Positions 6,742-13,520 of a stretch of 17,740 nucleotides of DNA are shown piece by piece; the stretch's first letter is position 1; each line of letters opens with the position of its first letter. The notes beneath the pieces are model-generated. The model saw only the letters and a program-made list of their open reading frames with translations. It had not been told where the DNA came from and did not search any database. Source of the DNA: a virus (Duplodnaviria; Heunggongvirae; Uroviricota; Caudoviricetes). The translations under genes and the position numbers were made by a program. Location of the stretch: IMG/VR virus record IMGVR_UViG_3300042401_002002; one strand, written 5' to 3'.

Positions 6742-6882
6742 ATGATGCAGATAGATAAAAGGTTTAAAGAAGAGAAACTAAGAATATTTAAATGTAATGT
6801 TTCTATTAAAGAATTTACTAAACTTGAAAATGTTGAAAAACGATTTATATATGTAGATAATCTACATATATTCAGTAAATAA
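6742..6882 (+). CDS. 46-aa hypothetical protein (MMQIDKRFKEEKLRIF...)
   Basis: Fills the gap between ORF 6537 and the terminator at 6897. Confidence 0.6.
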   Translation: MMQIDKRFKEEKLRIFKCNVSIKEFTKLENVEKRFIYVDNLHIFSK

Positions 6883-6896
6883 CCAACTAACAATAT

Positions 6897-6936
6897 AAAA
6901 AACTTTCTTATTAATTTAGGAAAGTTTTTTTGTTTT
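6897..6936 (+). terminator. Intrinsic terminator
   Basis: AAAAAACTTTCTTA-ttaatt-TAGGAAAGTTTTTT followed by TGTTTT. Confidence 0.75.
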
Positions 6937-6949
6937 ATTGGCACATAAG

Positions 6950-6986
6950 TGTAACCTTTATGTTTTATCAGCGTATAAGTAGTATA
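6950..6986 (+). promoter_or_regulatory. Repeated promoter-like motif
   Basis: TGTAACCTTT...CAGCGTATAAGTAGTATA. Confidence 0.8.
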
Positions 6987-7002
6987 TTTAAACAACAAGA
7001 TT

Positions 7003-7350
7003 ATGGAAAACCAAACTAGAGTAATAAAGTTAAAAGAACTAAATTGTCAAGCCAAAAGTATGTTGGCTAGTGAATTTAATAAACTATTAGATGAGTGGGA
7101 TAGACAAAATTATATTAATTACAGGGAATTGTTATCGGAAAGTTATAGACACGTTTTAGATTATTATAATTTATCCGTATTCTTTCCACAACAAAAAATT
7201 TGGCAAAAACGTTTAAAAGATTCAGAAAAAGAGTTTAATAAACTTCTTAAACAACAAAATAAGATTTTAGTTAAACTAACTAAAATCAACAAACAAAGAA
7301 GGTTATTAAGAATTACTAAACCTAACAAACAACTTAAAATTAATTTCTAA
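7003..7350 (+). CDS. Hypothetical protein
   Basis: AAGATT-ATG start, 115 aa. Confidence 0.8.
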   Translation: MENQTRVIKLKELNCQAKSMLASEFNKLLDEWDRQNYINYRELLSESYRHVLDYYNLSVFFPQQKIWQKRLKDSEKEFNKLLKQQNKILVKLTKINKQRRLLRITKPNKQLKINF

Positions 7351-7354
7351 AATT

Positions 7355-7501
7355 ATGCCAAGAGAACCCTTGCCCTTAAAAAGAGAATACAAAGCTGATG
7401 TTACTATTAACATTGCAGATATTTTCAGAAACCCCGATATACAAAACGAGGTAATAAAAGAATGTAAAAAATTAAAAACTAATCGAACTAAAAGACTATG
7501 A
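7355..7501 (+). CDS. 48-aa hypothetical protein (MPREPLPLKREYKADV...)
   Basis: Starts 4 nt after the upstream stop; ATGA overlap with ORF 7498. Confidence 0.7.
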   Translation: MPREPLPLKREYKADVTINIADIFRNPDIQNEVIKECKKLKTNRTKRL

Positions 7502-7758
7502 AAACAGTAGAACAAAAAAGACTTGAAACAATTCAAAGTAAAATTGATAAACAAGTAAAAATCTTAACAGAACTTAAAAGTAAATCACTAACTAAGTTCT
7601 TAAGTCATAATGATATTGTTAAAATTAACAATAAATTTCAAGCTAGGTTATTGAATTACTTAGAAGAAGAAAAAAGAAATGTTAATTATTTGCAAGAACC
7701 AAATAAATTTAATAATATTGAAGAAAATATTAGATTTGTTGAAACCTTTGTAGATTAA
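7498..7758 (+). CDS. Hypothetical protein
   Basis: ORF track, 86 aa. Confidence 0.8.
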   Translation: MKTVEQKRLETIQSKIDKQVKILTELKSKSLTKFLSHNDIVKINNKFQARLLNYLEEEKRNVNYLQEPNKFNNIEENIRFVETFVD

Positions 7759-7777
7759 GTACGTAAAAGACTATATA
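7741..7777 (+). promoter_or_regulatory. Repeated promoter-like motif
   Basis: GAAACCTTT...GTACGTAAAAGACTATATA; overlaps the end of ORF 7498. Confidence 0.7.
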
Positions 7778-7798
7778 ACAATTAAACAAATTAAGATT

Positions 7799-8305
7799 AT
7801 GGCAACTAGAGCAACAATAAGTATTGAATTAGAAAACAAAAGCATTTTAACCGTTTTTTTATCACAAGATGGTTATCCTATGAATGATAGTAAAGATTTT
7901 GGTTGTGGTTTAACTTTATTAAAACATTATAATAAAGTAGATTTAGTGAATGAATTAATTTCACATGGAAATATTTATTCATTACAAGAAAAAATTGAAA
8001 AAGACCCAACAAAACCACATCGAATTGAATTAGAAAAAAGACAAAGAGATGTTTGTTTTTTCTTTAATAGAGATTATAAACAAGAAAATATTGAACCTAT
8101 AATTTTCTTTTCTGAAAAAGATTACAAAAAACGTAATGAAATGCAAGATTGGAATTATTTGTTTAAAAATAATGAATGGTATGTTTACTTAACTAAGTAT
8201 GATACTAATAACATAAAATATAAAAATAAGTTTGTTAAACTTAAAGAATTTATTGAAAATTCTGTAAAATATGTTGGTATAAATGAAACTGAAAACGTTT
8301 ATTAA
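7799..8305 (+). CDS. Conserved phage hypothetical protein (MATR..DGYP), paralog of 767
   Basis: MATRA, DGYP, ELISHGNIYSL and WNYLFKNNEWY align with ORF 767. Confidence 0.85.
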   Translation: MATRATISIELENKSILTVFLSQDGYPMNDSKDFGCGLTLLKHYNKVDLVNELISHGNIYSLQEKIEKDPTKPHRIELEKRQRDVCFFFNRDYKQENIEPIIFFSEKDYKKRNEMQDWNYLFKNNEWYVYLTKYDTNNIKYKNKFVKLKEFIENSVKYVGINETENVY

Positions 8306-8321
8306 ACGTATAAGAACTATA
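8284..8321 (+). promoter_or_regulatory. Repeated promoter-like motif
   Basis: TGAAACTG...TAAACGTATAAGAACTATA; overlaps the end of ORF 7799. Confidence 0.7.
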
Positions 8322-8338
8322 AATTAAAACTTAAGATT

Positions 8339-8485
8339 ATGGAAAATAAAATTAAAAAAGTATTAATTTGCAATAACTGTAAAGATATTTGGATAGCACC
8401 AATTAATAAATGTAAGTGTGGTTGTACTACGTTAACAGAAACGCATCTAAGTAATATAAATCTTGCACAAAATTTTAATAAATAA
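8339..8485 (+). CDS. 48-aa Cys-rich putative zinc-ribbon protein
   Basis: AAGATT-ATG start; CNNC...CKCGC; missed by the track. Confidence 0.75.
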   Translation: MENKIKKVLICNNCKDIWIAPINKCKCGCTTLTETHLSNINLAQNFNK

Positions 8486-8487
8486 TT

Positions 8488-8679
8488 ATGGAATACAACC
8501 AACAAATAACACATTGGTTAAGCAACTATGTTGAATTAGCTAACAAATTTAATGAAGAAGGAAACAAGGAACTTGCAGAATATTGGAAGGGTCAAGTATT
8601 TGGTACAGTCAAAACTGCTGAATTAATACTAGGCAAGGAAAATGTTGATTTTTCTTGGTATTTAAGACAATTGCCTTAA
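8488..8679 (+). CDS. Hypothetical protein
   Basis: ORF track, 63 aa. Confidence 0.8.
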   Translation: MEYNQQITHWLSNYVELANKFNEEGNKELAEYWKGQVFGTVKTAELILGKENVDFSWYLRQLP

Positions 8680-8689
8680 AATAAAAAAC

Positions 8690-8743
8690 CGAAAACAAAC
8701 AAAATATTTATCTAAATATTGAAACTTATTTTGTTTGTTTTCG
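8690..8743. repeat. 16-17 bp inverted repeat
   Basis: CGAAAACAAACAAAAT (8690-8705) / ATTTTGTTTGTTTTCG (8728-8743). Confidence 0.85.
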
Positions 8744-8758
8744 TTAAACAACATATAA
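8720..8758 (+). promoter_or_regulatory. Repeated promoter-like motif (variant)
   Basis: TGAAACTTA...TTTCGTTAAACAACATATA; 21-nt G-to-CG register. Confidence 0.55.
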
Positions 8759-8772
8759 AGCAAAACATAAAA

Positions 8773-9042
8773 ATGAAAAGAAAATATATAAACAATCCGA
8801 ATAGTAAAATAAAACCTTTTATTATTAACCCAGTAAAACAATCAATGATTAATAACGAAACAGTTATATTCAGCGAAACATTTGAAGATGCAATAAAAAC
8901 TTATGCAGAACAAAGAAACAAAACATTTACAGAAACTTGGTTTGATATTCAAGACAAACCTAGAAATGCTAATTTAAATAATAGCTTTCAAATAAGAAAT
9001 AGGCACGATGTAAAAGTGTTTGCTTTGTTGGACTTAAAATAA
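8773..9042 (+). CDS. Hypothetical protein (89 aa)
   Basis: Start moved from TTG 8719 to the in-frame ATG 8773 downstream of the motif. Confidence 0.75.
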   Translation: MKRKYINNPNSKIKPFIINPVKQSMINNETVIFSETFEDAIKTYAEQRNKTFTETWFDIQDKPRNANLNNSFQIRNRHDVKVFALLDLK

Positions 9043-9064
9043 ATTAAAAATATTTGCTTAAGTT

Positions 9065-9101
9065 TGTAACCTTATCAAATAATCAACGTATAATAACTAT
9101 A
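9065..9101 (+). promoter_or_regulatory. Repeated promoter-like motif
   Basis: TGTAACCTTATCAAATAATCAACGTATAATAACTATA. Confidence 0.8.
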
Positions 9102-9120
9102 AATTAACTAATAAACTTTT

Positions 9121-9136
9121 CTGTTGAATGTAACAG
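9121..9136 (+). promoter_or_regulatory. 5'-leader hairpin
   Basis: TTTT-CTGTTG-aatg-TAACAG, ends 12 nt before ATG 9149. Confidence 0.6.
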
Positions 9137-9148
9137 TACTCAAAGATT

Positions 9149-9607
9149 ATGGAAAAAATAGAAAAAAGAATTATCGGTTTTCACACAGGTAGAGGTGGTC
9201 GATTTTATAACGGTGGTCATACAGTTTGTATTGGGGAAACCAACATAAATAATTTTACCAATGATTTATTTGATAGATATGAAAATGAATTTGAATTACG
9301 TAAGTTAATTGGTAAAAGAAATAACCTAAATAATTTAGCTGATGAAAATATTGAACTACTAGCAGGAAAATTAAATTTTAATTTAGGTAAAAAAGTATGG
9401 TTTGATTGTAACAGTAACCCAGTTGGTTTAGATGTTAATAATGAAGGTATTGGCACTATTGATAATGACGGAATTTATGATACATTATCTTGTAAATACT
9501 TAGAAGACCTTTCGGATACTGAACTTAAATTAATATTAGAATTTCAAGGTTACATTGATAGTGAAATTATTAATTTTTGTAAAGAAAAATTAGAAATATT
9601 TGCTTAA
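9149..9607 (+). CDS. Phage hypothetical protein (FHTGRGGRFYNGGH motif)
   Basis: AAGATT-ATG start, 152 aa, Gly/Arg-rich N-terminal motif. Confidence 0.85.
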   Translation: MEKIEKRIIGFHTGRGGRFYNGGHTVCIGETNINNFTNDLFDRYENEFELRKLIGKRNNLNNLADENIELLAGKLNFNLGKKVWFDCNSNPVGLDVNNEGIGTIDNDGIYDTLSCKYLEDLSDTELKLILEFQGYIDSEIINFCKEKLEIFA

Positions 9608-9610
9608 GTT

Positions 9611-9647
9611 TGTAACCTTATTAAAGAACCAACGTATAAGAAGTATA
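9611..9647 (+). promoter_or_regulatory. Repeated promoter-like motif
   Basis: TGTAACCTTA...CCAACGTATAAGAAGTATA. Confidence 0.8.
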
Positions 9648-9666
9648 TCTAAACAATAAAAAGAAT

Positions 9667-9906
9667 ATGTTCAATTTATTCAAGAAGAAAAGAAACAAGC
9701 AAACTATATGGATAGCTTGTGATAACGACAATAATTATTATCTATTTGATAATAAACCAATAAAAGTTTATAAATCATGGGTTTGTACAGAAGGTACAAT
9801 GTTGTATATTAGTTCAACTATTTACATGATGTTAGTTAAACAATTCGATTTACCTATAATAACAAGTAGTAGTGAACCAATTGAAATTATTATTAAACAA
9901 ATCTAA
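9667..9906 (+). CDS. Phage hypothetical protein
   Basis: ORF track, 79 aa (WIACDNDNNYYLFDNKP). Confidence 0.8.
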   Translation: MFNLFKKKRNKQTIWIACDNDNNYYLFDNKPIKVYKSWVCTEGTMLYISSTIYMMLVKQFDLPIITSSSEPIEIIIKQI

Positions 9907-9908
9907 TT

Positions 9909-10190
9909 ATGCCTTACCCAAATTATACCTCCGAAATTTACCCTATCTTAGTTAATCTAACAGATAGTGAATTATTAATGATTAGTAATGATTCAATTAT
10001 TAGTGATAAAACGTTTACTAACATTGTAGGTTATCAAACATTGTATAACAACATTGTTAATTATCAAACCTCAAAAGGTTTTAGAACTGATACATATATT
10101 ATTAAATCAATGATTGGTAATTGTATTATTCATTATTGTGGCATGAAGTACTTAAATAATATAGCTAAAGAAGTTTTTGATAAAATTTAA
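9909..10190 (+). CDS. Hypothetical protein
   Basis: ORF track, 93 aa. Confidence 0.75.
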   Translation: MPYPNYTSEIYPILVNLTDSELLMISNDSIISDKTFTNIVGYQTLYNNIVNYQTSKGFRTDTYIIKSMIGNCIIHYCGMKYLNNIAKEVFDKI

Positions 10191-10199
10191 TATTACAAC

Positions 10200-10427
10200 A
10201 TGATAGTTACTGAACTAACAAATTCTCAATTGGTTTTCTTATCTAAAGAAATTAGTACAATGTCTAATTTAGATAAACCTAGTGAACATAAACGTAGTTT
10301 TTTATTGAATGAAATTTGGAAATTTTATAAGTTAATAAATTTCCATGATACATTTATCTCAATAAAACATACGGTAAAAGCAGAAATAATTCACAGAATT
10401 AATACAGATAAAATGAAACTTATTTAG
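10200..10427 (+). CDS. Hypothetical protein
   Basis: ORF track, 75 aa. Confidence 0.75.
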   Translation: MIVTELTNSQLVFLSKEISTMSNLDKPSEHKRSFLLNEIWKFYKLINFHDTFISIKHTVKAEIIHRINTDKMKLI

Positions 10428-10450
10428 TTTCTTAACGTAAAAGTAGTATA
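10414..10450 (+). promoter_or_regulatory. Repeated promoter-like motif
   Basis: TGAAACTTA...TAACGTAAAAGTAGTATA; overlaps the end of ORF 10200. Confidence 0.75.
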
Positions 10451-10468
10451 TTTAAACGACCAAAGATT

Positions 10469-10765
10469 ATGTCTTATATTTCAAAATTATTCATTAAGTC
10501 TTTAACATCAAAAGACAAAACTAAGCAAGAAAAAGTTGCTAATTTATTTGCAGTTAATCAAAATTGTGAATTTACACAAACAATTGCAATCAACAAACAA
10601 CCAAAGGATAAAAAATTTCCTGTACATTTATTTACGGTTACAATCTTTCAAAACAACATTAGTTTGTTGAAAACCAACGATGCAACTGAAAAAGAATATA
10701 ATGATATTTTGTTAGCTATTAAAACAAAATTTCCAAAAAATAATGTTATGTTTGTTAAGAATTAA
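10469..10765 (+). CDS. Hypothetical protein
   Basis: AAGATT-ATG start, 98 aa. Confidence 0.8.
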   Translation: MSYISKLFIKSLTSKDKTKQEKVANLFAVNQNCEFTQTIAINKQPKDKKFPVHLFTVTIFQNNISLLKTNDATEKEYNDILLAIKTKFPKNNVMFVKN

Positions 10766-10769
10766 AACC

Positions 10770-10958
10770 ATGACAGGAAGACGTTTATACCGTGAATTTG
10801 CTCAAAGTAAAGGCAAAGAAGCAAAAGAATTTGTATGTATCAAAGAAGAAATGTATAATATTGATACTCTAATCACTAAAGATAATAAAGGTAATGAAGA
10901 ACATACGACAATAAATTACAAAGAATTAGTTCATTGGATAATTAAAAATATTTTGTAA
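10770..10958 (+). CDS. Hypothetical protein (62 aa)
   Basis: Start moved to the in-frame ATG 10770; stop lies inside the next motif's GTAACC. Confidence 0.75.
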   Translation: MTGRRLYREFAQSKGKEAKEFVCIKEEMYNIDTLITKDNKGNEEHTTINYKELVHWIIKNIL

Positions 10959-10989
10959 CCTTATCAAATAACCAACGTATAAACCTATA
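10954..10989 (+). promoter_or_regulatory. Repeated promoter-like motif
   Basis: TGTAACCTTATCAAATAACCAACGTATAAACCTATA. Confidence 0.8.
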
Positions 10990-11005
10990 TAAACAAATAA
11001 AGATT

Positions 11006-11353
11006 ATGAAAATTTACATAATAACATTTATTAATGAGTTTGGTAATAAAACTACAATTTTTTCTAAAGGCTTTACAAAAGAAGAAGCTAAATTGAGGTT
11101 TATTGACGACTATGAATTACCCGAAAAAGTTAAAATAACTAAATGTATTTTAGCTAAAGATGGAGATTATGGTACTTTATCAGAAATGCCAAACCCATAC
11201 ATATTTAAGTTATTTAGTATATTGAAAAGAAATAATTGGATTGAACCAACTAAAAAAGAATTTCCTTCATATAGAGATAAAAATCCAAGTAAAAAGGTTT
11301 GGTTTGAAGATATTCATTTTATTTGGAGAAATTATGATATAAATTCTTTGTAA
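11006..11353 (+). CDS. Hypothetical protein
   Basis: AAGATT-ATG start, 115 aa. Confidence 0.8.
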   Translation: MKIYIITFINEFGNKTTIFSKGFTKEEAKLRFIDDYELPEKVKITKCILAKDGDYGTLSEMPNPYIFKLFSILKRNNWIEPTKKEFPSYRDKNPSKKVWFEDIHFIWRNYDINSL

Positions 11354-11356
11354 TTT

Positions 11357-11393
11357 TGCAACCTTATCAAATAACCAACGTATAAGTAGTATA
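11357..11393 (+). promoter_or_regulatory. Repeated promoter-like motif
   Basis: TGCAACCTTATCAAATAACCAACGTATAAGTAGTATA; 26 nt identical to the copy at 10954. Confidence 0.8.
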
Positions 11394-11413
11394 ATTAAAA
11401 ACTTAATCCTTTT

Positions 11414-11433
11414 CTGTTAACTAGGACAAACAG
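11414..11433 (+). promoter_or_regulatory. 5'-leader hairpin
   Basis: TTTT-CTGTT-aactaggaca-AACAG, ends 11 nt before ATG 11445. Confidence 0.55.
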
Positions 11434-11444
11434 TAATTAAAATT

Positions 11445-11921
11445 ATGTCAAACTACTGTGTTAATTACCTACAAATTATTGGAAATGATTCTAACGAAAT
11501 AGAAAGATTCCAAAACCTTATTACTAATAACAATGATAAAACCAATAATGGTTTATTGTTAGAAACAAAAACAACTAGTGAAGTTATCTTTGATGTTTAT
11601 ATCAATGATGACAATAGAATTGATTTCTTAACAAAATACACAACTAACATAGATATGTTCAAAGAATTGTCTGAATTATTTCCTACATTAACTATTAAGT
11701 TAGAATACATGGAACTAGGTTATGATGTTTTTGGTAAGGCTACATTTGAAAATGGTACTGTTAAACATAAACAATTAAGTGAAAGTGATTTTGAATTGAT
11801 TACAGAATGTTGCGATAGTGATGTTGATATTGAAACATACAAATATAAAGACTTTGAAAGCGAAAGTAGAGAAGAAGTTATAGAATATTTGTTTGAAGAC
11901 TTGTATAACGAATTTGTTTAA
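11445..11921 (+). CDS. DUF1281/YubB ferredoxin-like domain protein
   Basis: MSNYCVNYLQIIG N-terminus and LSELFPTLTIKLEYMELGYDVFG match my recollection of this family's pattern. Confidence 0.65.
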   Translation: MSNYCVNYLQIIGNDSNEIERFQNLITNNNDKTNNGLLLETKTTSEVIFDVYINDDNRIDFLTKYTTNIDMFKELSELFPTLTIKLEYMELGYDVFGKATFENGTVKHKQLSESDFELITECCDSDVDIETYKYKDFESESREEVIEYLFEDLYNEFV

Positions 11922-11942
11922 TTATTAAAATATAAGATTATC

Positions 11943-12404
11943 ATGTTAACCTTAGAAAAACCAAAACAGTTACTTTATTTGTGTTCAATTAAAGGTAAAG
12001 AAAACATTATCAGTAAGTTAAAACAAGATAATACTAGAATTAGTAACTATGTTTTAAAATCTTTAGAATGTCAATCAATTTTAGAAGATAGTTGTACATT
12101 AATAACCAACAAAGAATTATTAAAAGATTTGTTTAGTTATGTTATTGATGTTGCTCAAACAGCTAATGGTAAAATATATGATGCTGAAAATATTCATAGT
12201 TTTACTAAAAACGTACAACATAGTAATTTTGTTATCAATCAAATGAAACAAAATAAAGGTTTGTTTTATTATAACAAACTAAATGATGTTTATATTTATT
12301 TCTTACCAACTAGTTATTATTCACAAATAACACAAATGTTGGTTTGTACTAAAGATTTAGAAGATTACAAAGCGATTAATAACGATTTAAGCTTGTTGTT
12401 CTAA
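11943..12404 (+). CDS. Hypothetical protein, C-terminus INNDLSLLF
   Basis: ORF track, 153 aa. Confidence 0.8.
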   Translation: MLTLEKPKQLLYLCSIKGKENIISKLKQDNTRISNYVLKSLECQSILEDSCTLITNKELLKDLFSYVIDVAQTANGKIYDAENIHSFTKNVQHSNFVINQMKQNKGLFYYNKLNDVYIYFLPTSYYSQITQMLVCTKDLEDYKAINNDLSLLF

Positions 12405-12489
12405 TTAATACAAATGAAAACAATATTTATATTGTTGATTATATAGATAAAATTAAGTAACTTTAGACTATTTAAGTTTAAACAACTAA

Positions 12490-12717
12490 ATGGAAACTAA
12501 CTTAATCTTTAAAGAAAATATCACTAATAACAATATTTTAACTAAACTCAATAAAAAAACACAAGCTATTCTAGTAATAGATAATGACAGTTTTATTGAG
12601 TTTCTATCCAACGGAACTTTTTTTGTTCCAACTAATGAAAATGTAGGTATCAATTGCACCAACATTAAAGATGCAATTTATGAGATTGAACGAACTAAAA
12701 ATAAATTATTGGTTTAA
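12490..12717 (+). CDS. Hypothetical protein
   Basis: ORF track, 75 aa. Confidence 0.75.
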   Translation: METNLIFKENITNNNILTKLNKKTQAILVIDNDSFIEFLSNGTFFVPTNENVGINCTNIKDAIYEIERTKNKLLV

Positions 12718-12755
12718 TGCAACCTTTTATAAGGTTTACACGTTAAAGATGTATA
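12718..12755 (+). promoter_or_regulatory. Repeated promoter-like motif
   Basis: TGCAACCTTTTATAAGGTTTACACGTTAAAGATGTATA. Confidence 0.8.
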
Positions 12756-12776
12756 ACAATTAAACAAATTAAGATT

Positions 12777-13196
12777 ATGTCAACAGGAAGAAAAAGATTA
12801 AATGATGCGTTAAAGAAAGGTGAATTTTTTAACGCATTTAAAAATATAACGTATGATTATGATTCAAAATATATTCATATTATTGATAAAAATAAATTAA
12901 ATTTACTTTATGAATATGTTATAATTAATGCTGAAATATTAAATGGTAAAATGGATAGTATTGTAACGTATGGAACAGGTGCAACACATGAACAAAATAT
13001 TATTGATAAAGAAATAAATAATTTATTCATTGAAACAGTTAAAAAAGGAAAATGTTTATTCTTTTTAATGCCAAATAATGAATATATTGGTTTAGTACCT
13101 TTAGAAGAAAAATCTGAACTTCTTCAACCTAGTTTTACAGTTGAAGACTTTGAAAAATTTCAAGAAATTAATAAAGATTTAAGTTTATTATATTAA
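12777..13196 (+). CDS. Hypothetical protein, C-terminus INKDLSLLY
   Basis: AAGATT-ATG start, 139 aa. Confidence 0.8.
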   Translation: MSTGRKRLNDALKKGEFFNAFKNITYDYDSKYIHIIDKNKLNLLYEYVIINAEILNGKMDSIVTYGTGATHEQNIIDKEINNLFIETVKKGKCLFFLMPNNEYIGLVPLEEKSELLQPSFTVEDFEKFQEINKDLSLLY

Positions 13197-13201
13197 AAAT
13201 T

Positions 13202-13456
13202 ATGTTAACCGATAAGATTTTAAAACAAGCTAAAGTAATTAAGCAAAAAGAAAAATGTCCTTTTGTTCTTATTATAAAAGAAAAAATTGTGCCTTTATAT
13301 AATATGGAACAAAAACATTTTGTTGAACAAAATTTCATTAAAAGACAAAACTTAAGGTTGTTTGTATCTTTGTTAAATCATGTTTTAAAAACAAAAGAAA
13401 CTGATTATCAAAAACTTAAACAACTTTATGTTGAACAAGTAGAAATAATTGACTAA
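13202..13456 (+). CDS. Hypothetical protein
   Basis: ORF track, 84 aa. Confidence 0.75.
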   Translation: MLTDKILKQAKVIKQKEKCPFVLIIKEKIVPLYNMEQKHFVEQNFIKRQNLRLFVSLLNHVLKTKETDYQKLKQLYVEQVEIID

Positions 13457-13460
13457 TAAG

Positions 13461-13498
13461 TGTAACATTTTATAAGGTTTTCACGTTAAAGAATATAT
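13461..13498 (+). promoter_or_regulatory. Repeated promoter-like motif (last copy in window)
   Basis: TGTAACATTTTATAAGGTTTTCACGTTAAAGAATATAT. Confidence 0.75.
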
Positions 13499-13520
13499 AA
13501 CAATTAAACAAATTAAGATT

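Noticed and set aside
6848-6870. Perfect 10-bp hairpin TATATGTAGA-TAA-TCTACATATA
   Set aside because: Single occurrence, weak AT-rich stem inside a small ORF, with a real terminator 30 nt downstream
9121-9136. CTGT-N8-ACAG resembles the E. coli LexA box
   Set aside because: Sister copies have 11-12 nt spacers or CAGT/ACTG arms, incompatible with a LexA operator, and the host signatures point to Bacteroidota
115-10769. Track start sites at 115, 1223, 6169, 8719 and 10743
   Set aside because: 115 is internal to an ORF open from base 1; the others overlap upstream genes or motifs while in-frame ATGs with typical context lie at 1247, 6226, 8773 and 10770
12414-12446. Micro-ORF MKTIFILLII and similar 15-aa ORF at 5480-5527
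   Set aside because: Too short to distinguish from chance in AT-rich DNA
417-13498. Repeated motif as a CRISPR array
   Set aside because: Repeats are degenerate and separated by 300-1400 nt of intact genes; no cas genes other than TnpB are present
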